This document shows, one piece after another, positions 62,171 through 64,000 of a DNA stretch of 64,000 nucleotides. The number at the start of each line of letters is the position of its first letter. Position 1 is the first letter of the stretch. Position numbers and translations under genes: made by a program. The notes beneath the pieces are model-generated. The model worked only from the letters and a program-made list of their open reading frames with translations, did no database searches and was not told the DNA's origin. Source of the stretch: Lama glama (Eukaryota); the NCBI GenBank assembly GCA_028534125.1, contig CM052821.1, positions 46,562,001 through 46,626,000 on the forward strand, in the 5' to 3' direction.

Positions 62171-63139
62171 AGAGACGTGGGAGACGGTGGTACTGCTATC
62201 ACCACCACCACCATCACCATTGTCATCATCATCGTGATCTGAAATTCCACAAAGGAACGCCTCCTGCCTTTTACACAGGTAAGACCTCCGAACCTTATTT
62301 GGAAGGAGAATCTGGCTAACACATCTTCCAATTTATATCCTTGAGCAACTCAGGCTGACTCAGAGTGGAGGGGATAGGGTAAATGGCTTAGCAGCTGGAT
62401 CCTGGTCCCCTCACCTGGGGGAGGCAGGGGCTTTGTCGGCTCCCTTCCGAATTCTAATTCCTCCCTCACCTCCAGCCAGCCCCTCCCACCACACTCTCAC
62501 TCCCAAGACCCTACCTGTAACCTAACAGGTCTTTAATAAACACTCCGCCCTAACAAGTCTACAACTGCTGAATGATAAGGACAAGGTTCCTATGGCAACC
62601 CTGGTTTCTGAAGTTGGGGCAGTGGGGGGAGGGTACTTTAACACCTGGCTCACGTTGCATGAAACACCTTGACACTGCGTGTGACTGTTTTTCTCCACAA
62701 TGAGAGGCGGCCTTACCCTTTCACAGCACGTGGCCACTTACAAGGCGCTCTCACAGGCGTTACCTACTCACGTGAGATGAGAGATGACTGACTCGTTTGA
62801 CAAATTAAGAACCTCACAATGAGAGTTGCTAGGAGCTCACATGTAGTAAGATCAAGACAAGACCTTGGGTCTCGACTCTCACATCAGCGCTCTCCTGCCT
62901 CTCAGAGGCGTCCACCTCCTCCTCCATCAGCCCGGTCCCCCAGGCTTTCCCTTTCTCTCACCTTCATGCCTTGAGGCACATACACCCCAACCCCTGTATT
63001 TTGCTTTCTATCACATTCTGGTTTGTTTCAACCACCAACAAGCGTATGTATGGCTTAGTCTTGCAATTAAACTGTGCACTCTTGAAAGCAGGGTTCATGC
63101 TAAACATGGTGTGACATCTGTTAAGCAGCAACCACCTTA

Positions 63140-63405
63140 GTTCACTAAAGTGTAGTGATTAGGAGTTTGAGCTTCGGAGTTACAGTATGATACGTGACTT
63201 AATGTAACAAAAATCTACGTTTGAATCCCAGTTCCAATGCTACGAAGCTGTGTGATCTTAGGGAAGTTGCTGAACTCCTCTGTGACTTCATTTCCTTGTG
63301 GGTTTAATGGAGTAATAACAGTGCTGATCTCTTAAGGTTATTGTGAGAACTAACGGGAGCCTGACTCAGGTAACACAGAGTAAGCTCTTAGAAACGTAAT
63401 ACTAT
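63140..63405 (+). mobile_element. MIR SINE
   Basis: gtgtagtgattaggag...tttgaatcccagttcc...gctgtgtgatcttagggaagttg...ggttattgtgaga. Confidence 0.8.
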
Positions 63406-63406
63406 T

Positions 63407-63439
<33 letters not shown>
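63407..63439. repeat. (GAT)n microsatellite
   Basis: About 11 ATG/GAT units; gives the poly-His spurious ORF. Confidence 0.95.
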
Positions 63440-63441
<2 letters not shown>

Positions 63442-63743
63442 GAACCAACATTATCACAATGTTATAGTTAATACAACTGAAGTTCAGCGCTCTGGATCTC
63501 GCCCAGGGCCACACAGCAAATAAGCATGGCAGCCCAGGAGGGAATTTCAAGATGCCACCTCCTGCTTCTACTTCTTTTATAATCCCCACAATGCACAACA
63601 GACACGGTGCTTAGTGATACCCAGAAACTACAGAATGTGACACCTGTCAGGAGTGAGTCATCCGGGAAAGCCTTTCATTTTGCAGATTAGAAGAATCAGG
63701 CCCAGCAGATAACACATCTGCTCACTAGTGTTCAGCTAGTAAC

Positions 63744-63800
63744 ACAGTTCTCCCTCAGTATCCACCGGGGATTGCTTCCAGGACCTCCGCCGCCCACAGA
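63744..63800 (+). mobile_element. MER2 (Tigger) terminal fragment
   Basis: cagttctccctcagtatccaccggggattgcttccaggacc. Confidence 0.65.
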
Positions 63801-63876
63801 CATATACTGAATCATGATGCTGTGCACCAGAAACTAACACAACACTGTACATCAACTCTATTTCAATTTTAAAAAA
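63801..63876 (+). mobile_element. L1 3' terminal fragment
   Basis: actgaatcatgatgctgtgcaccagaaactaacacaacactgtacatcaactctatttcaattttaaaaaa. Confidence 0.85.
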
Positions 63877-64000
63877 GGGGGGGAGGCATAGCTTTGCTCT
63901 AGTGGGTGCAGTCATAAAGCAGGAATTCTACGCCCAATTATCCTTGTAAGGTTTACGGAGGAGGCTGGAGGCAGAGAGCGGGGCTCTGGCTGTTACCTGT

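Noticed and set aside
1-64000. CRISPR array, operon or prokaryote-type defence system
   Set aside because: Eukaryotic repeat-rich DNA with no regularly spaced repeat-spacer structure or gene cluster.

Overview
This is mammalian non-coding DNA, most likely from a camelid (camel/alpaca). The taxon call rests on two copies of the camelid tRNA-derived Vic-1-type SINE and on the style of the L1 3' ends. I found no intact protein-coding gene, RNA gene or CRISPR-like system. The ORF track is almost all noise. The only recognisable peptides are dead retroelement fragments (L1 ORF2 C-terminus, L2 reverse-transcriptase motifs). Much of the window is interspersed repeats: MIR, L2, old and young L1, MaLR/ERVL solo LTRs, and hAT-Charlie and Tigger MITEs. 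There are also microsatellites and four N gaps. Repeat-free islands carry motif clusters consistent with enhancers and possibly an alternative promoter or first exon. By eye the window looks like a large intron of a minus-strand gene that I could not identify. The most notable observations are a candidate ATG-only minus-strand exon with an upstream ETS/kB/Oct promoter-like region (19.1-19.7 kb), an unclassified inverted-repeat-rich element (22.5-23.1 kb), a local ~200-bp duplication (31.5/33.7 kb), Oct/Sox and Forkhead motif islands, and a three-layer nested insertion. I see no convincing new biological system. Repeat subfamily names come from recalled consensus sequences, and boundaries without TSDs are approximate.
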